A DNA stretch of 64,000 bases, taken from Planctomycetota bacterium. Lineage in GTDB: Bacteria > Planctomycetota > UBA1135 > UBA2386. This document shows, piece after piece, positions 17,911 through 28,050 of this stretch (its first letter is position 1; the number at the start of each line of letters is the position of its first letter). The notes beneath the pieces were generated by a model. The model worked only from the letters and a program-made list of their open reading frames with translations. It was not told the origin of the DNA and searched no databases. Where the stretch lies: assembly GCA_965223545.1 (NCBI GenBank), contig OZ245006.1, positions 4,736,001-4,800,000 on the forward strand, in the 5' to 3' direction. Position numbers and translations under genes: made by a program.

Positions 17911-20900
17911 ATGGCCTCTACCGCCCACTCTTCCACCGACGTCGACCTGTTGTTGGCGCAGACCGATTGGCTGCGCCGGCTGGCGGGGCGGTTGGTGGCC
18001 GACGCGGGCGCCGCCGACGACCTCGCCCAGGATGCGCTCGTCGCCGCCCTCGAGCACCGGCCGCGCACGGGTGGATCGGCGGAGCAGCTGCGCGCGTGGT
18101 TGGGCCGGGTCGCGCGCAACACCGCGCGGCTGCAGTACCGCCGCCTGGTGCGGCGCCGGGCGCGCGAGCGCTTCACCGCCCGGCCCGCGGCGGTGTCTTC
18201 GACCGCCGAAGTGGTCGCGCACGGCGCGCAGCTGCGGGCGGTCCTGGACGCCGCGCTGGCGCTCGCCGAGCCGTACCGCAGCGCGGTGCTGCTCGCCTAC
18301 CAAGAGGGCTTGGCGGCGCCCGAGATCGCGGTGCGCACGGGGGTCACGCCCGCCGCCGCGCGCCAGCGCGTGTCGCGCGGCCTGGCGCGGATGCGCGCGC
18401 GCCTCGACGCACAGCACGGCGGCAAACGACAACGTTGGGCGCGCGCACTGGCGCCGGTGGCGGTCGCCGGCCCGGCGCGGGGTGCGCTGCTGGGAGTCAG
18501 CTTGATGTCGACCAAAGCTCTCGTCGCGGTTGCCGCGGCGGTCTCGTTCGCCGTCCTGGTCTGGTGGTGGCCTGAACGGCCTGCAGCAGGAGGGATGGGG
18601 TCGCCGGTCGGCGTGCCCGACTCGGGCACTCTGGTCGCGGTCGAGGACCTGGTCGATGACGCCGAGGAAACGGTCGATGCGCCACCCCGCGTGCGCGCCG
18701 CGGGTTCGCCCGCCGCCGGGGGGGCGGAGCGTCCGGTGCGCGGCCGCGTGGTTTCCTCCGTGACCGAGTTTCCGGTGGCCGGCGTGGAAGTGGTGCTGCC
18801 GGACTCGGAGGAGCTGACGGCTCGGGTCGGGGTCGCGCCGTTGGCGGTCACCGCCGCGGACGGCCGCTTCGAGGTCGTGCTCGACGACGGCGAGACGGCC
18901 GGCCTTCTTCTGCAGCACGACCGCCACTTCGACTTGCACGTGGACGACGTCGCGCTGAACGAACGTGGCGACGGAGAACTCGTCGTACGGCTGACGCCGC
19001 TGGGCACGCTCGCGGTGCGCGTGGTCGACGCGCAGCGCCGGCCGCAACCCGGCGTGGACGTGCGCTACAGCATCGACCTGACCGTCGGCTCCGAGCGGCA
19101 ACGCTGGGATTGGCGGCGGACGCTGTCGGCTGGTCAGACCGACGCGGAGGGCGCGGTGGCGATCGACGGGCTGCCGGTGGCGATGCCGATCGACGTCGTC
19201 GCCGGCGGTTCGTGGGCGGGCGCCACCCTGGTGGTCATCAACCCCGCCGTCGGGCACGCCGAGGTCGAGATCGTCGCCCCGCGTTGGGGGCGACTGGTCG
19301 GCCGCGTGCAGTGGCCGGACGGCACGCCGGCGGAGGGCGTCGCGCTGTCGTGGCACGGGGGTTACACGGCGGAGGGCAACCCCGGCCACGCCACCGTTGG
19401 CGCGGACGGCCGGTTCGAGTTTCCCGCCCTCTCGCAGTCGCGCGGAGTGCTGCTGTTCGACCGTGGCACCGCCTCGCCGGTCGCTGCCGAGGTGCGCGCC
19501 GGCGAGGTGACGGACGTCGGTGTTGTCGAAGCGGCGCGGCCGGTGCTGGTCCGCGGGCGCGTGACCGCGGACGGTGCAGTGCCGCAACGATTGGCGGTGC
19601 TGGCCTGCCGCGATGGCGCGGTCCTGGCCGAAGCCGAGGTCAGGGGCGACCGATTCGCGCTGGAGGTCGCGCCGGGTCCGGTCCTGCTGATGGTGACGCG
19701 TGGCCATTGGTGGGATCCGACGCTGCCGTTCCAGGGCCAACCGCTCGTCAGCGCGACGGTCGACGCGCCGGCCGAAGGCGTCGAGCTTCGTCTGCCGGCG
19801 GCCGGCGCGCGCTTGCTGGCGACCGTCGATGGCATCGTCGACGGCACTGCCGTCGACGTCGGAGTGATGGCCGCCGACCCTGAGCAATACTGGTACGGGC
19901 CGCGGCTGTTGCGCAGCGGTGCACAGGTGGTCACCGACGCCGAAGTGGCGTCGCCCCCGGTCGGCGCGGGCGAGTATCGGCTGTACGTCCGCGCCGGGGA
20001 GCGCAGCGGCTACTCCGCGCCGGTCGCCGTCGACAGCGAAGACGTCGACGTCGGCACCGTGCGCTTGGGGACTGCAACGGTGCGCGGCGAGGTCCGCGAC
20101 GCATCGGGCCAGCCGCGAATCGGCCTCACGCTGAAGCTGAGCGGAATCGATCGCGACCATCGAGTCGCCGTGACCGACGACGATGGAGCCTTCGCGTTCG
20201 TCGACGTCGAAAGTGGTCCGTGGCAGTTGGGAGTCGAGGCCGGCAGCACGTCCCACGTCGAGGGGCGGGTGCTCCACCTCTGCGCCGGCGACATGGTCCG
20301 GCTCGACCTTACGTCTGCACCGACGGCGACTCTGGCGGGGGCAGTGGTCACCGCTGGCGACCCGAGTGGCGTCTCGGTGCGGTTGCAGCGCAACGGCACC
20401 AACGATATCTGGAGTGCGACGACTGGCGCCGACGGTCGGTTCTCGTTTGGCGACCTGCAGCCGGGCAGCTACCGGCTGTGGGTGCGCGGCGGGATCACCC
20501 TCAACGTCGCCCTGCGCGCCGGCGAGGTCACCGATCTGCGGTGTCCGGTGGGGCTCGAACTCGAAGACCTCGAGCTTCGCGATGCCAGCGGCCCGCGTGG
20601 CGACATCGATTCGCTGTTCGTCGCCGAAGTCCCGGGCGCGGCCGGCGCGCCGCTGTTGTGGCATCACGCCGAGCAGGTCGATCGCGGTCGTTGGCGCGTG
20701 TCGCTGCCGGCCGGTCGCGTGCTGGTGCAGGCCGACGTCTGGGGACTCGGCAACAACCAGCTGCTGCTGTTCGACGCGGTGCCCCGGCGCGACGCTTCCG
20801 TCGCCGTCGTGCGGCTGCCCGAGACCGGCATCGCCCTGCATACTCCAGGCGGCGCGCGCCGGCTCCAGGCACCACCGCCGGCCGCCTACTTGGTGTCTCT

Positions 20901-21096
20901 CGGTGGAGTCGAGATCGACAGCTCTTGGGGCATGCCCGCCGAGCTGCAACAACGCGTCGATGCCAGCGGGCGCGTGCTGTTTCCGCACGTGCCCGCCGGC
21001 GCCCGGGTTCGCCTCGAGGGCGTCGACGCGGCCGGCAAATGGCGTGAGCACCACGTCGTCGTCGGTGCGCAGGGGTGGACCGCGGTGCAGTGGTGA
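17911..21096 (+). CDS. ECF sigma factor fused to a TM helix and multiple carboxypeptidase-regulatory-like (CnaB-type) domains
   Basis: Sigma2 (ADDLAQD...AWL.RV.RN), sigma4 (EPYRSAVLL.Y.EGL...EIA...R.RVSRGL); TM ALVAVAAAVSFAVLVWWW; repeated G.V.D..G.P / TD.DG.F domains. Confidence 0.88.
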   Translation: MASTAHSSTDVDLLLAQTDWLRRLAGRLVADAGAADDLAQDALVAALEHRPRTGGSAEQLRAWLGRVARNTARLQYRRLVRRRARERFTARPAAVSSTAEVVAHGAQLRAVLDAALALAEPYRSAVLLAYQEGLAAPEIAVRTGVTPAAARQRVSRGLARMRARLDAQHGGKRQRWARALAPVAVAGPARGALLGVSLMSTKALVAVAAAVSFAVLVWWWPERPAAGGMGSPVGVPDSGTLVAVEDLVDDAEETVDAPPRVRAAGSPAAGGAERPVRGRVVSSVTEFPVAGVEVVLPDSEELTARVGVAPLAVTAADGRFEVVLDDGETAGLLLQHDRHFDLHVDDVALNERGDGELVVRLTPLGTLAVRVVDAQRRPQPGVDVRYSIDLTVGSERQRWDWRRTLSAGQTDAEGAVAIDGLPVAMPIDVVAGGSWAGATLVVINPAVGHAEVEIVAPRWGRLVGRVQWPDGTPAEGVALSWHGGYTAEGNPGHATVGADGRFEFPALSQSRGVLLFDRGTASPVAAEVRAGEVTDVGVVEAARPVLVRGRVTADGAVPQRLAVLACRDGAVLAEAEVRGDRFALEVAPGPVLLMVTRGHWWDPTLPFQGQPLVSATVDAPAEGVELRLPAAGARLLATVDGIVDGTAVDVGVMAADPEQYWYGPRLLRSGAQVVTDAEVASPPVGAGEYRLYVRAGERSGYSAPVAVDSEDVDVGTVRLGTATVRGEVRDASGQPRIGLTLKLSGIDRDHRVAVTDDDGAFAFVDVESGPWQLGVEAGSTSHVEGRVLHLCAGDMVRLDLTSAPTATLAGAVVTAGDPSGVSVRLQRNGTNDIWSATTGADGRFSFGDLQPGSYRLWVRGGITLNVALRAGEVTDLRCPVGLELEDLELRDASGPRGDIDSLFVAEVPGAAGAPLLWHHAEQVDRGRWRVSLPAGRVLVQADVWGLGNNQLLLFDAVPRRDASVAVVRLPETGIALHTPGGARRLQAPPPAAYLVSLGGVEIDSSWGMPAELQQRVDASGRVLFPHVPAGARVRLEGVDAAGKWREHHVVVGAQGWTAVQW

Positions 21097-21142
21097 GCGG
21101 GCCGCGGTGGCTGCCGCCGGGCGAGTGCGGTAAATTGCCACG

Positions 21143-21724
21143 GTGCCCGCCCCCGAAGGAGAGATCACCGCGATCCTGAGCCGCATCCGCGAAGGAGATC
21201 GGGATGCGTTCCAGCAGCTGTTTCCCGTGGTCTACAGCGAGCTGCTGAGCATCGCCGCGGGCAAGGTGTCCGGGGAGCAGTTCGGCCACACACTGCAGCG
21301 CACCGCGTTGGTGCACGAGGCCTATCTCCGGCTCAGCCGGTGCAGGCACGGTTGGAACGACCGCACGCACTTCTTTCGCGTCGCCGCGGTGGCGATGCGC
21401 TCGGTGCTGGTCAACCACGCCCGCGATCGCAAGCGGCAGAAGCGGGGTGGCGGCGTGACTCATTTGCCCTGGCACGACGACGTCGCGCGGGTCGAGGCGA
21501 GGACGCTGGACCTATTGGGACTGGACGACGCTCTGCACCGGCTGCACGAGATCGATTCGCGTCAGGTGCAAGTGGTGGAGCTGCGCTTCTTCGCCGGGCT
21601 GACCGTGGACGAGACTGCCGAGGTGCTGGGTGTCTCGGCGCGCACGGTGCAGTCGGATTGGCGATTGGCGCGCGCCTGGCTGTTTCGCGAGCTCAACGGC
21701 GGCTCCTCGACGGAGATCGATTGA
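21143..21724 (+). CDS. ECF sigma factor, Rhodopirellula/Verrucomicrobium (kinase-associated) type
   Basis: GEIT.IL..IREGD..A..QLFP.VY.EL; HTLQRTALVHEAYLRL; AMR.VLV..AR.R...KRGG; VVELRFF.GLT..E.A..L.VS.RTV..DW..ARAWL. Confidence 0.92.
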   Translation: MPAPEGEITAILSRIREGDRDAFQQLFPVVYSELLSIAAGKVSGEQFGHTLQRTALVHEAYLRLSRCRHGWNDRTHFFRVAAVAMRSVLVNHARDRKRQKRGGGVTHLPWHDDVARVEARTLDLLGLDDALHRLHEIDSRQVQVVELRFFAGLTVDETAEVLGVSARTVQSDWRLARAWLFRELNGGSSTEID

Positions 21725-21729
21725 CGGCG

Positions 21730-24700
21730 ATGGATCGCGCGCGCTGGCTGGGCATCCGCGACCTGTACCACCGGGCTCTGGAGACGCCTGAGCCCGACCG
21801 CCTGGCCTGGCTGCGGCGTCAGGCCGTCGATGAGCGCCTGCGCCGTGAAGTCGAATCGCTGATCCAGGCGGACTTGCGGGCCGGGACGTTCCTCGAGCCT
21901 GTCTCGCTGCGCGGGCTCGGTGCCGCCGCTGGCGCCGCCTTTCCGGAGGTGTTGGCCGAGGGTGCGCGGGTCGGCAGCTATGAGATTCGCGGTGTCCTCG
22001 GGGCCGGCGGCATGGGAGTGGTCTACCTGGCCGAGCAACCCCATCCGCGCCGCTTGGTGGCGCTCAAGCTGATCCGGCCGGGCCTGGCCTCGCCGCGCAT
22101 GCTGCGGCGCTTCGAGCATGAGGCCGAGGTGCTCGGTCGGCTGCAGCACGCCGGGATCGGGCAGATCTTCGAGGCCGGCGTGCATCTGTCGGCCGGGCCG
22201 CACGGCGGCGAGGAAGTGGAGCAGCCGTTCTGCGCGATGGAGCACATCGAGGGCCCGGCGCTGACCCAGTACGCCATCCTCAACGAGCTCGACTTGGCTG
22301 CTCGCGCGCGGCTGTTCGTCCGCTTGTGCGAAGCCGTCGACCACGCGCACCGGCGCGGTGTGCTGCACCTCGACCTGAAGCCGAGCAACATCCTCGTCGT
22401 CGATGACGCACGCTATGGCGAACCGCAGCCCAAGGTGCTCGACTTCGGCGTGGCGCGCATCACGGACGCGCCGGACAAGGAGGTCGACGGCGGCTTCGTC
22501 GGCACGCCGGCCTACACCAGTCCCGAGCAGATCCCGCCCGTGGGTGTCGACCTGGACGCGCGCGCCGACGTTTTCAGTCTGGGGGTCGTGTTCCAGCAGC
22601 TGTGCTGCGGCAAGCTGCCGTACGAAGTCGCAGGGTTGTCGCCGGGCGAGATCTTCGCGTTGCGCCGGACCACGCCGGCGCGGCGGCTCCGGGCACTGGA
22701 CCCGCGCGCGCCGGCCGATCTCGATGCGATCGTGAGCAAGGCGCTGTCCATCGACCGCGACGCGCGCTACTCCAGCGCGCGCGAGCTCGCCGAAGACGTG
22801 CAGCGCTTTCTCGATCACCAGCCGGTCTTGTGTCGCGTCAACTCCTCCAGCTACCTGCTGCGCAAGCTGGTCGCCCGCCACCGCCTCGCAGCCGGGTTGG
22901 TGGCGCTCTTGCTGCTGGTGTTGGTCGGAGCGGTGGCCGTGATCCGTTGGCAGCGCGACGAGGCGCGTGTCGCTCGCGATGCCGCCGAGCAGGTCGCGGC
23001 GGTCATGGAGGGCGTGATCGTTGAGGTCGATCCGGACCGCGGCGGTAGCCGGCTGATGCGCAGCATGTTGGAGCGCAGCTCCGCTCTCCTCGATGGACGG
23101 CTGGACCAGTCGCCGGTGACGCGCGCCCGGTTGTTGGCGGCGATGGGCCGGGTGCACGGCAAGTTCCAGGAGTTCGATCGCGCCATCGCGCTGTACGAGG
23201 AGGCGGTTGCGCTCACCGACGCGGCATACGGCCGTGATCACTCGAGCATGGCGACAGTGCTGGCCGGCTTCGGGCAGGTGCTCGAGGCCGCCGGGCAGGA
23301 CGACGAAGCGGTCGCTCACCTGCGTGAAGCCCTGCGCATTCGGCGGACTCAGCTCGCGCCCGACGACCCATTGATCGCCGAGACCCACGCCAAGCTCGGG
23401 GCCGTTTATCACTACTCGGGTCAGGCCGACGCCGCAATCGAACAGCTGGAGGCGGCGTGCCGGGTCGCGCGGTCGCGGTTCGGCGACCAGTCCCCGGAGC
23501 ACGCGGAGCGAGAGGCTGATCTCGGCTTCTCGATGGTGATGAACGGCAGGCCGACGGAGGGGCTCGAGTTCCTGCAGCGCGCGCTGGTGGTGCAGCGGCG
23601 GACGGCCGGGCACGAGGAGAACATGCTGCGCACGATGCAGGGGGTGGCGCATGGGCTGCACGCCACCGGCCGCACGCGCGAGTGTGAGGAGGTGTTGGCC
23701 GAGCGGGCTGCGTTCGCCGAGGAGTTCTTCGATGTCGGCGATCCCCGTCTTGCCGGCATCCTACACGACTACGGCACGGTGTTGTCATGGCGCGACTTGG
23801 TCGCCGGCATTGCCGTGCTCGAGCGTGCCGTGCGGACGCGACGGCTGGCGTACGGCGATGGGCACCCCGAGGTCGCGCTCAGCCTGCAGAATCTGGCCGC
23901 GGCGGTGTCGAAGAGCGGCGACCACGCGCGCGCGGTGGAGCTGATGGAAAAGGCCGTGGAGTCACGCCGGGCCTTGGGTGAGTTGCGTTCGCTCAACGAC
24001 GCGCTGGTCAATCTCTCCCTCAACTACGTGCGCGCCGGGCGCCTCACCGACGCCGAGCGCACCGGCCGCGAGGCGCTCGAGAGTTTGCAGCGGGAGAGCC
24101 CGTTGCGGCCCGCGCGCATCGCGACCGCGCGCCAAAACTACGCCCAGGTGCTGATCGATAGCGGCGATCCTGCCGGTGCCGAACAGCAGCTGCGCGCCGC
24201 CCTCGAGGGCTATGACGAGGGCGACCACGCGCGGGGCGGAGTCATGAGTCTGCTGGCCGGATTGCGCCTGGCGGCGGGCGACTTCGGCGGATCGGTGGAG
24301 CTCTCCGACGCGGCCATCGAGATCTATCGCGCAGGGCAAGCGGATCCCTATGCGTTTGCGCACGTCCTGCTGGGCAGCGCGCGGGCGCGGATGGAGTCCG
24401 GTGACTTCGATACCGCGCGGGCGCACCTGGAGGAGGCGCAGCAGTTGGCCGAGAGTCTGGATCCGCGCGGAGCAGTAGTGGCCGCCGTGCTGCGCGCCCG
24501 CGCGCGGCTCGAGTGGGAGAGCGACGCCCCGCAGCGTGCGCGGGCGCTGCTCGCCGAAGTGGACCAGCTCGGCGTGGCCTCGCCCGCCGAGGGCTCGCTG
24601 GCGCAGGCCGACCTGCTGTTCTTGGCCGGCGCTCTGGCGCGCGCCGACGATCCCGACCTGGCGCTGGAGGCGCTGCAGTCGGCGCTGCGCATCTACGAGG

Positions 24701-24870
24701 ACGAGGCGCCGCGCGGGTGGCAGGTGGCGCGCGCCCGGCACGAGCTGTCGTACGTGCTGGTCGATCGCGGCGAGGTCGACGAGGGAGAGCAGCTGCGCCG
24801 TGCCGCGGCGGCCGAGCTGACGCGCATCTACGGCGCCGCGCACCGGTGGGGTGCCACCGATCGCCGGTAG
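21730..24870 (+). CDS. Hanks-type Ser/Thr protein kinase with TM helix and TPR-rich sensor
   Basis: LGAGGMGVVY, VALK, HLDLKPSN, DFG, GTPAY.SPEQ, D..SLGV; TM near residue 390; TPR_12-like repeats; 5 bp after the sigma stop. Confidence 0.93.
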   Translation: MDRARWLGIRDLYHRALETPEPDRLAWLRRQAVDERLRREVESLIQADLRAGTFLEPVSLRGLGAAAGAAFPEVLAEGARVGSYEIRGVLGAGGMGVVYLAEQPHPRRLVALKLIRPGLASPRMLRRFEHEAEVLGRLQHAGIGQIFEAGVHLSAGPHGGEEVEQPFCAMEHIEGPALTQYAILNELDLAARARLFVRLCEAVDHAHRRGVLHLDLKPSNILVVDDARYGEPQPKVLDFGVARITDAPDKEVDGGFVGTPAYTSPEQIPPVGVDLDARADVFSLGVVFQQLCCGKLPYEVAGLSPGEIFALRRTTPARRLRALDPRAPADLDAIVSKALSIDRDARYSSARELAEDVQRFLDHQPVLCRVNSSSYLLRKLVARHRLAAGLVALLLLVLVGAVAVIRWQRDEARVARDAAEQVAAVMEGVIVEVDPDRGGSRLMRSMLERSSALLDGRLDQSPVTRARLLAAMGRVHGKFQEFDRAIALYEEAVALTDAAYGRDHSSMATVLAGFGQVLEAAGQDDEAVAHLREALRIRRTQLAPDDPLIAETHAKLGAVYHYSGQADAAIEQLEAACRVARSRFGDQSPEHAEREADLGFSMVMNGRPTEGLEFLQRALVVQRRTAGHEENMLRTMQGVAHGLHATGRTRECEEVLAERAAFAEEFFDVGDPRLAGILHDYGTVLSWRDLVAGIAVLERAVRTRRLAYGDGHPEVALSLQNLAAAVSKSGDHARAVELMEKAVESRRALGELRSLNDALVNLSLNYVRAGRLTDAERTGREALESLQRESPLRPARIATARQNYAQVLIDSGDPAGAEQQLRAALEGYDEGDHARGGVMSLLAGLRLAAGDFGGSVELSDAAIEIYRAGQADPYAFAHVLLGSARARMESGDFDTARAHLEEAQQLAESLDPRGAVVAAVLRARARLEWESDAPQRARALLAEVDQLGVASPAEGSLAQADLLFLAGALARADDPDLALEALQSALRIYEDEAPRGWQVARARHELSYVLVDRGEVDEGEQLRRAAAAELTRIYGAAHRWGATDRR

Positions 24871-25143
24871 ACGCTGCGCACGGCGGGCTCTTGCCGGCCG
24901 GGGTGACCCATGGCAAGGTGGCGACCGTGTTGCTCAGGAACTTGGAGAGGCTCCTCGCCGGGATCGGCGAGGACGACCGCGTTCCGGGAGGGTTCGATCG
25001 ACGCGCGCGAGGTCGTGCAGATCTGCTGAATGCCGGGATGCGGCGCGCGGCGCCGATCGCCGGCAGGCGCTCAGCCGATCGCGGCGGGCGGACCGAGGTG
25101 CACTGCCGCGCGGACTGCGCGATCGAGCCGGTCGGCCGGTCGG

Positions 25144-27921
25144 TCACTGCACCACCGCGCCCGCCTGGCCCCGCAGCTGGCCGTCGGCATCGATCCACGA
25201 GTTGAGCACGATGCCGGTGATCGGGTCGGTGAGGCGCTGGATCAAGGTCGCGCCGAGCGGACCCGCCATCGCCGGATTCTGCGCGCCGGTGCGCAACGCC
25301 GCGCCGCCACCGGGGGCCAACAACACGTGGTTGCTGGAGCCGGTCGACGCGCCGCTGCCGTCGACGATGCGGTCGAGGTTGTAGAACACTCTGGCGGGGT
25401 CCCAGATGGATGCCGGCGCGACGCCATTGCAGCCGGCGCGGTTGACGTTGTTGTCGAGCGGGTTGGTCGGACAGCCGTTCTGATCGAACAGGAACAGACC
25501 GCTGCCGAGTCCGGCGACCATGTGCACCCAGAGCGGCGAGTCGAGCTGGTTGCTCGGGTTTTGGCCGAAGTGCTGGCGCAGCTGGTTGAAGTCGAGGCTG
25601 CTGAAGTCGCCGTTTGCCATCGCGGTGCGGAACGCGTCGTAGGCGGCACCGTGCGTGGCGAGCGCGTTGTCGGTGAGGTGGCACGCGACGCAGTAGCGCG
25701 GGCCCTCGTCGGTGGCAGTCACGCGGCCGCGGATCGAGTGCGCCATCATCGCGTTGTGGCTGAGCGATGGGTGCCCGGTCGCGGGGTTGGCGCCGCCGCC
25801 GTTGCGATCGGAGAACGCCATCGTCCGGCTGCGGTTGCCGTTGAGATCTTCGTAGGTGAAGAACGTCTTGGTGTTGGCGCAGACCTGCTCGATCCGGTTG
25901 CGCGGCCCCACTCCGAGCTGGAAGAACACCGGCGACTGGTAGACGAAGTCCGCCTCGCGCTCGCGGAACACGATGCGCTGGCCGGTGATGTTGCTGAAGT
26001 TGTTGCCGGTGTCGTAGTCGCCCTCGAGGTGGCAGCCCATGCAGGTGTTGGTCCACGCCGAGTGGCACGACGCGCAGCTCATGGTGTCCGCGTGGCTGAA
26101 ACCCGACGCCGCGACGCCGTTTTGCAACGGTCCGATGCCGGTGTTGGGGTCGCCGTCGGCGCGTCCCATCGCGTAGCTGGCGCGCGGGCTGTAGACCGGC
26201 TGGTTGTCGAACGGATCGCGCACGCCACTGTCGACCACGGTGTCGCGGGTTTGCGGCACGAAGTGGCGACGTCCGGTCACACGGCTCGTCAGGTAGAAGT
26301 GGCCGTCGCTCTCGCGCACGACGTGCGGCAGGGGGTTGCCGGCGGTGTCGACCGCGACCTGCGCGGCGGCGCCGGCGTAGGTCGTGCCGGCGACCGTGCT
26401 GGCGTGGCTGTCGACGCTGCCGTGGCAGCTCTCGCAGGCGATCGCCACCGCCTGCTCCATGCGGCTCAGGATGCGGTCGCCGGCTGGGTCGCCGGGAACG
26501 CCGCCGTGCAGGTCGTGGGTCCCGTGGCAGTCGATGCAGCCCATGCCGGCCTCGGCGTGCACGTCCGGCGGCGTGTCGTCCCGGCCGTCACCGTCGTAGT
26601 CCTCGAACGCGATGTACTGATGGTGATTGCGGCCGTTGAAGGTGCGGTTGCCGACGGCCGGATCGAACAGCCGAGTGTCGTCGCGGGTGTTGACGAAGGA
26701 CTGCGGGTTGGCCGGGTACTGCACCCCGTTGCGCAGATCCTGGTTTTGATCGAGTCGAATGCCCCAGTACTGCATCACCGTGCGGTTGGAACCCTGGTGG
26801 CAGCCGGCGCAGGTGTGATCGTCGATGCCCTCGATGCGTTCGCCGTTGGGCAGATCGCGGCGCACGCTGGCGATGCGGTGGGCGCGCACGTGGCTCAGCT
26901 CGGGCGGATCGATGTCGTCCGGGTCCAGCGGCTCGTCCTTGGGCACGTTGGGATCGAGGCTGCGGCTGCGGCCATCCAGGCTGTACGGCATGTGGCACGC
27001 CGTGCAACCCGACGAGCGGAAGTCACCGTAGCGGTTGTTGGCGCCGGCGCTGCCGAGGTGGCAGTCGCCACAGGTGAACGCCACTTGCTCCTGGTAGACG
27101 TGCGCCAGCGGCGAGTCGAGCTGCACCGAGTTGTCGGGGTTGAGGTAGTTGTGCAGCAGCAGCGCGTCGTAGTTCTGATTGCGGAACATGCTGTTCGGCG
27201 CTTCGACACCGTGCACGCTGTGCACCGGATACTCGGCCAGCCGGCCGACGCGGCCGACCTCTGCCGGGGCGCTGGCAAACATGTCGTCCTGCACCGCCCG
27301 GAAGCCGAGATCGGCGGCGGTGTCGTGGTAGAGGCCGCGGTTCTCGGCAACCTGGTTCTCGATGCCTGCGGCGTAGGTGGCGCCGGACAGGACGCCGGCT
27401 TCGGTCGCCAACAGGCTGTGCGCGACGGCGTCCGAGTGCGGAGCGTGGCATTGTCCGCATCCGCGGTTGGCTTGAGTGACGCGCAGATCGCCGGGGTTGA
27501 CGAACTGCAGGTAGTCGAGGGCCGTGTAGGTGACCCCGTTCACCGTGTAGTCCGGGTACTTGTCGACGCCGGTCAGGGTGAGGCGGTTGAAGTAGGCCTC
27601 GCGGTCGGTGCGCCACTGCTCGCGGTCGCCGATCTCGGGCGGCGGCGGCACGTGGCTCTGCGCGCGGTCGGCGCCATTGGGGTTGCCGCCGTGACAGGTG
27701 GTGCACTGCAGCTGCTCCGCGCCGGGGAAGGGATGAGGATCCTCGAGCCCGGGGCCGGCGTAATCGTCGGCCTGCGAGCCGTTGTGGCACTGCATGCATG
27801 ACTGCGCACTGGCGGCAAACTGCACCCGGCCGTCGGTGTCGCCGCAGCCGGTGAGCAGCGCGCCGGCCAGCAGCAGCGCGAGCCGCCCGGCCGGCAAGAG
27901 ACCAGAATCGATGTGCGTCAT
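25144..27921 (-). CDS. 11-heme c-type cytochrome lipoprotein
   Basis: Lipobox LLTGC; 11 CxxCH motifs (CMQCH, CTTCH, CGQCH, CGDCH, CTACH, CAGCH, CIDCH, CESCH, CASCH, CMGCH, CVACH). Confidence 0.9.
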   Translation of the reverse strand: MTHIDSGLLPAGRLALLLAGALLTGCGDTDGRVQFAASAQSCMQCHNGSQADDYAGPGLEDPHPFPGAEQLQCTTCHGGNPNGADRAQSHVPPPPEIGDREQWRTDREAYFNRLTLTGVDKYPDYTVNGVTYTALDYLQFVNPGDLRVTQANRGCGQCHAPHSDAVAHSLLATEAGVLSGATYAAGIENQVAENRGLYHDTAADLGFRAVQDDMFASAPAEVGRVGRLAEYPVHSVHGVEAPNSMFRNQNYDALLLHNYLNPDNSVQLDSPLAHVYQEQVAFTCGDCHLGSAGANNRYGDFRSSGCTACHMPYSLDGRSRSLDPNVPKDEPLDPDDIDPPELSHVRAHRIASVRRDLPNGERIEGIDDHTCAGCHQGSNRTVMQYWGIRLDQNQDLRNGVQYPANPQSFVNTRDDTRLFDPAVGNRTFNGRNHHQYIAFEDYDGDGRDDTPPDVHAEAGMGCIDCHGTHDLHGGVPGDPAGDRILSRMEQAVAIACESCHGSVDSHASTVAGTTYAGAAAQVAVDTAGNPLPHVVRESDGHFYLTSRVTGRRHFVPQTRDTVVDSGVRDPFDNQPVYSPRASYAMGRADGDPNTGIGPLQNGVAASGFSHADTMSCASCHSAWTNTCMGCHLEGDYDTGNNFSNITGQRIVFREREADFVYQSPVFFQLGVGPRNRIEQVCANTKTFFTYEDLNGNRSRTMAFSDRNGGGANPATGHPSLSHNAMMAHSIRGRVTATDEGPRYCVACHLTDNALATHGAAYDAFRTAMANGDFSSLDFNQLRQHFGQNPSNQLDSPLWVHMVAGLGSGLFLFDQNGCPTNPLDNNVNRAGCNGVAPASIWDPARVFYNLDRIVDGSGASTGSSNHVLLAPGGGAALRTGAQNPAMAGPLGATLIQRLTDPITGIVLNSWIDADGQLRGQAGAVVQ

Positions 27922-28050
27922 GGTCGTCCTCGATCGAGACCGCGCCGGCGGGCGCAGTGTCGGAGAATTGGACAGATCTTCTTCGGCAAGCCGTGCGCCG
28001 CGCCTGTCCTCGCGCCCGCGCCGGGTCTCAGAGCGGGACCGCTCCAGTGT

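Noticed and set aside
24871..25143. Intergenic stretch with a TCCTCGCCG/CGGCGAGGA hairpin and protein-like fragments
   Set aside because: No convincing ORF or RNA family; possibly a gene remnant or terminator, which cannot be resolved here.
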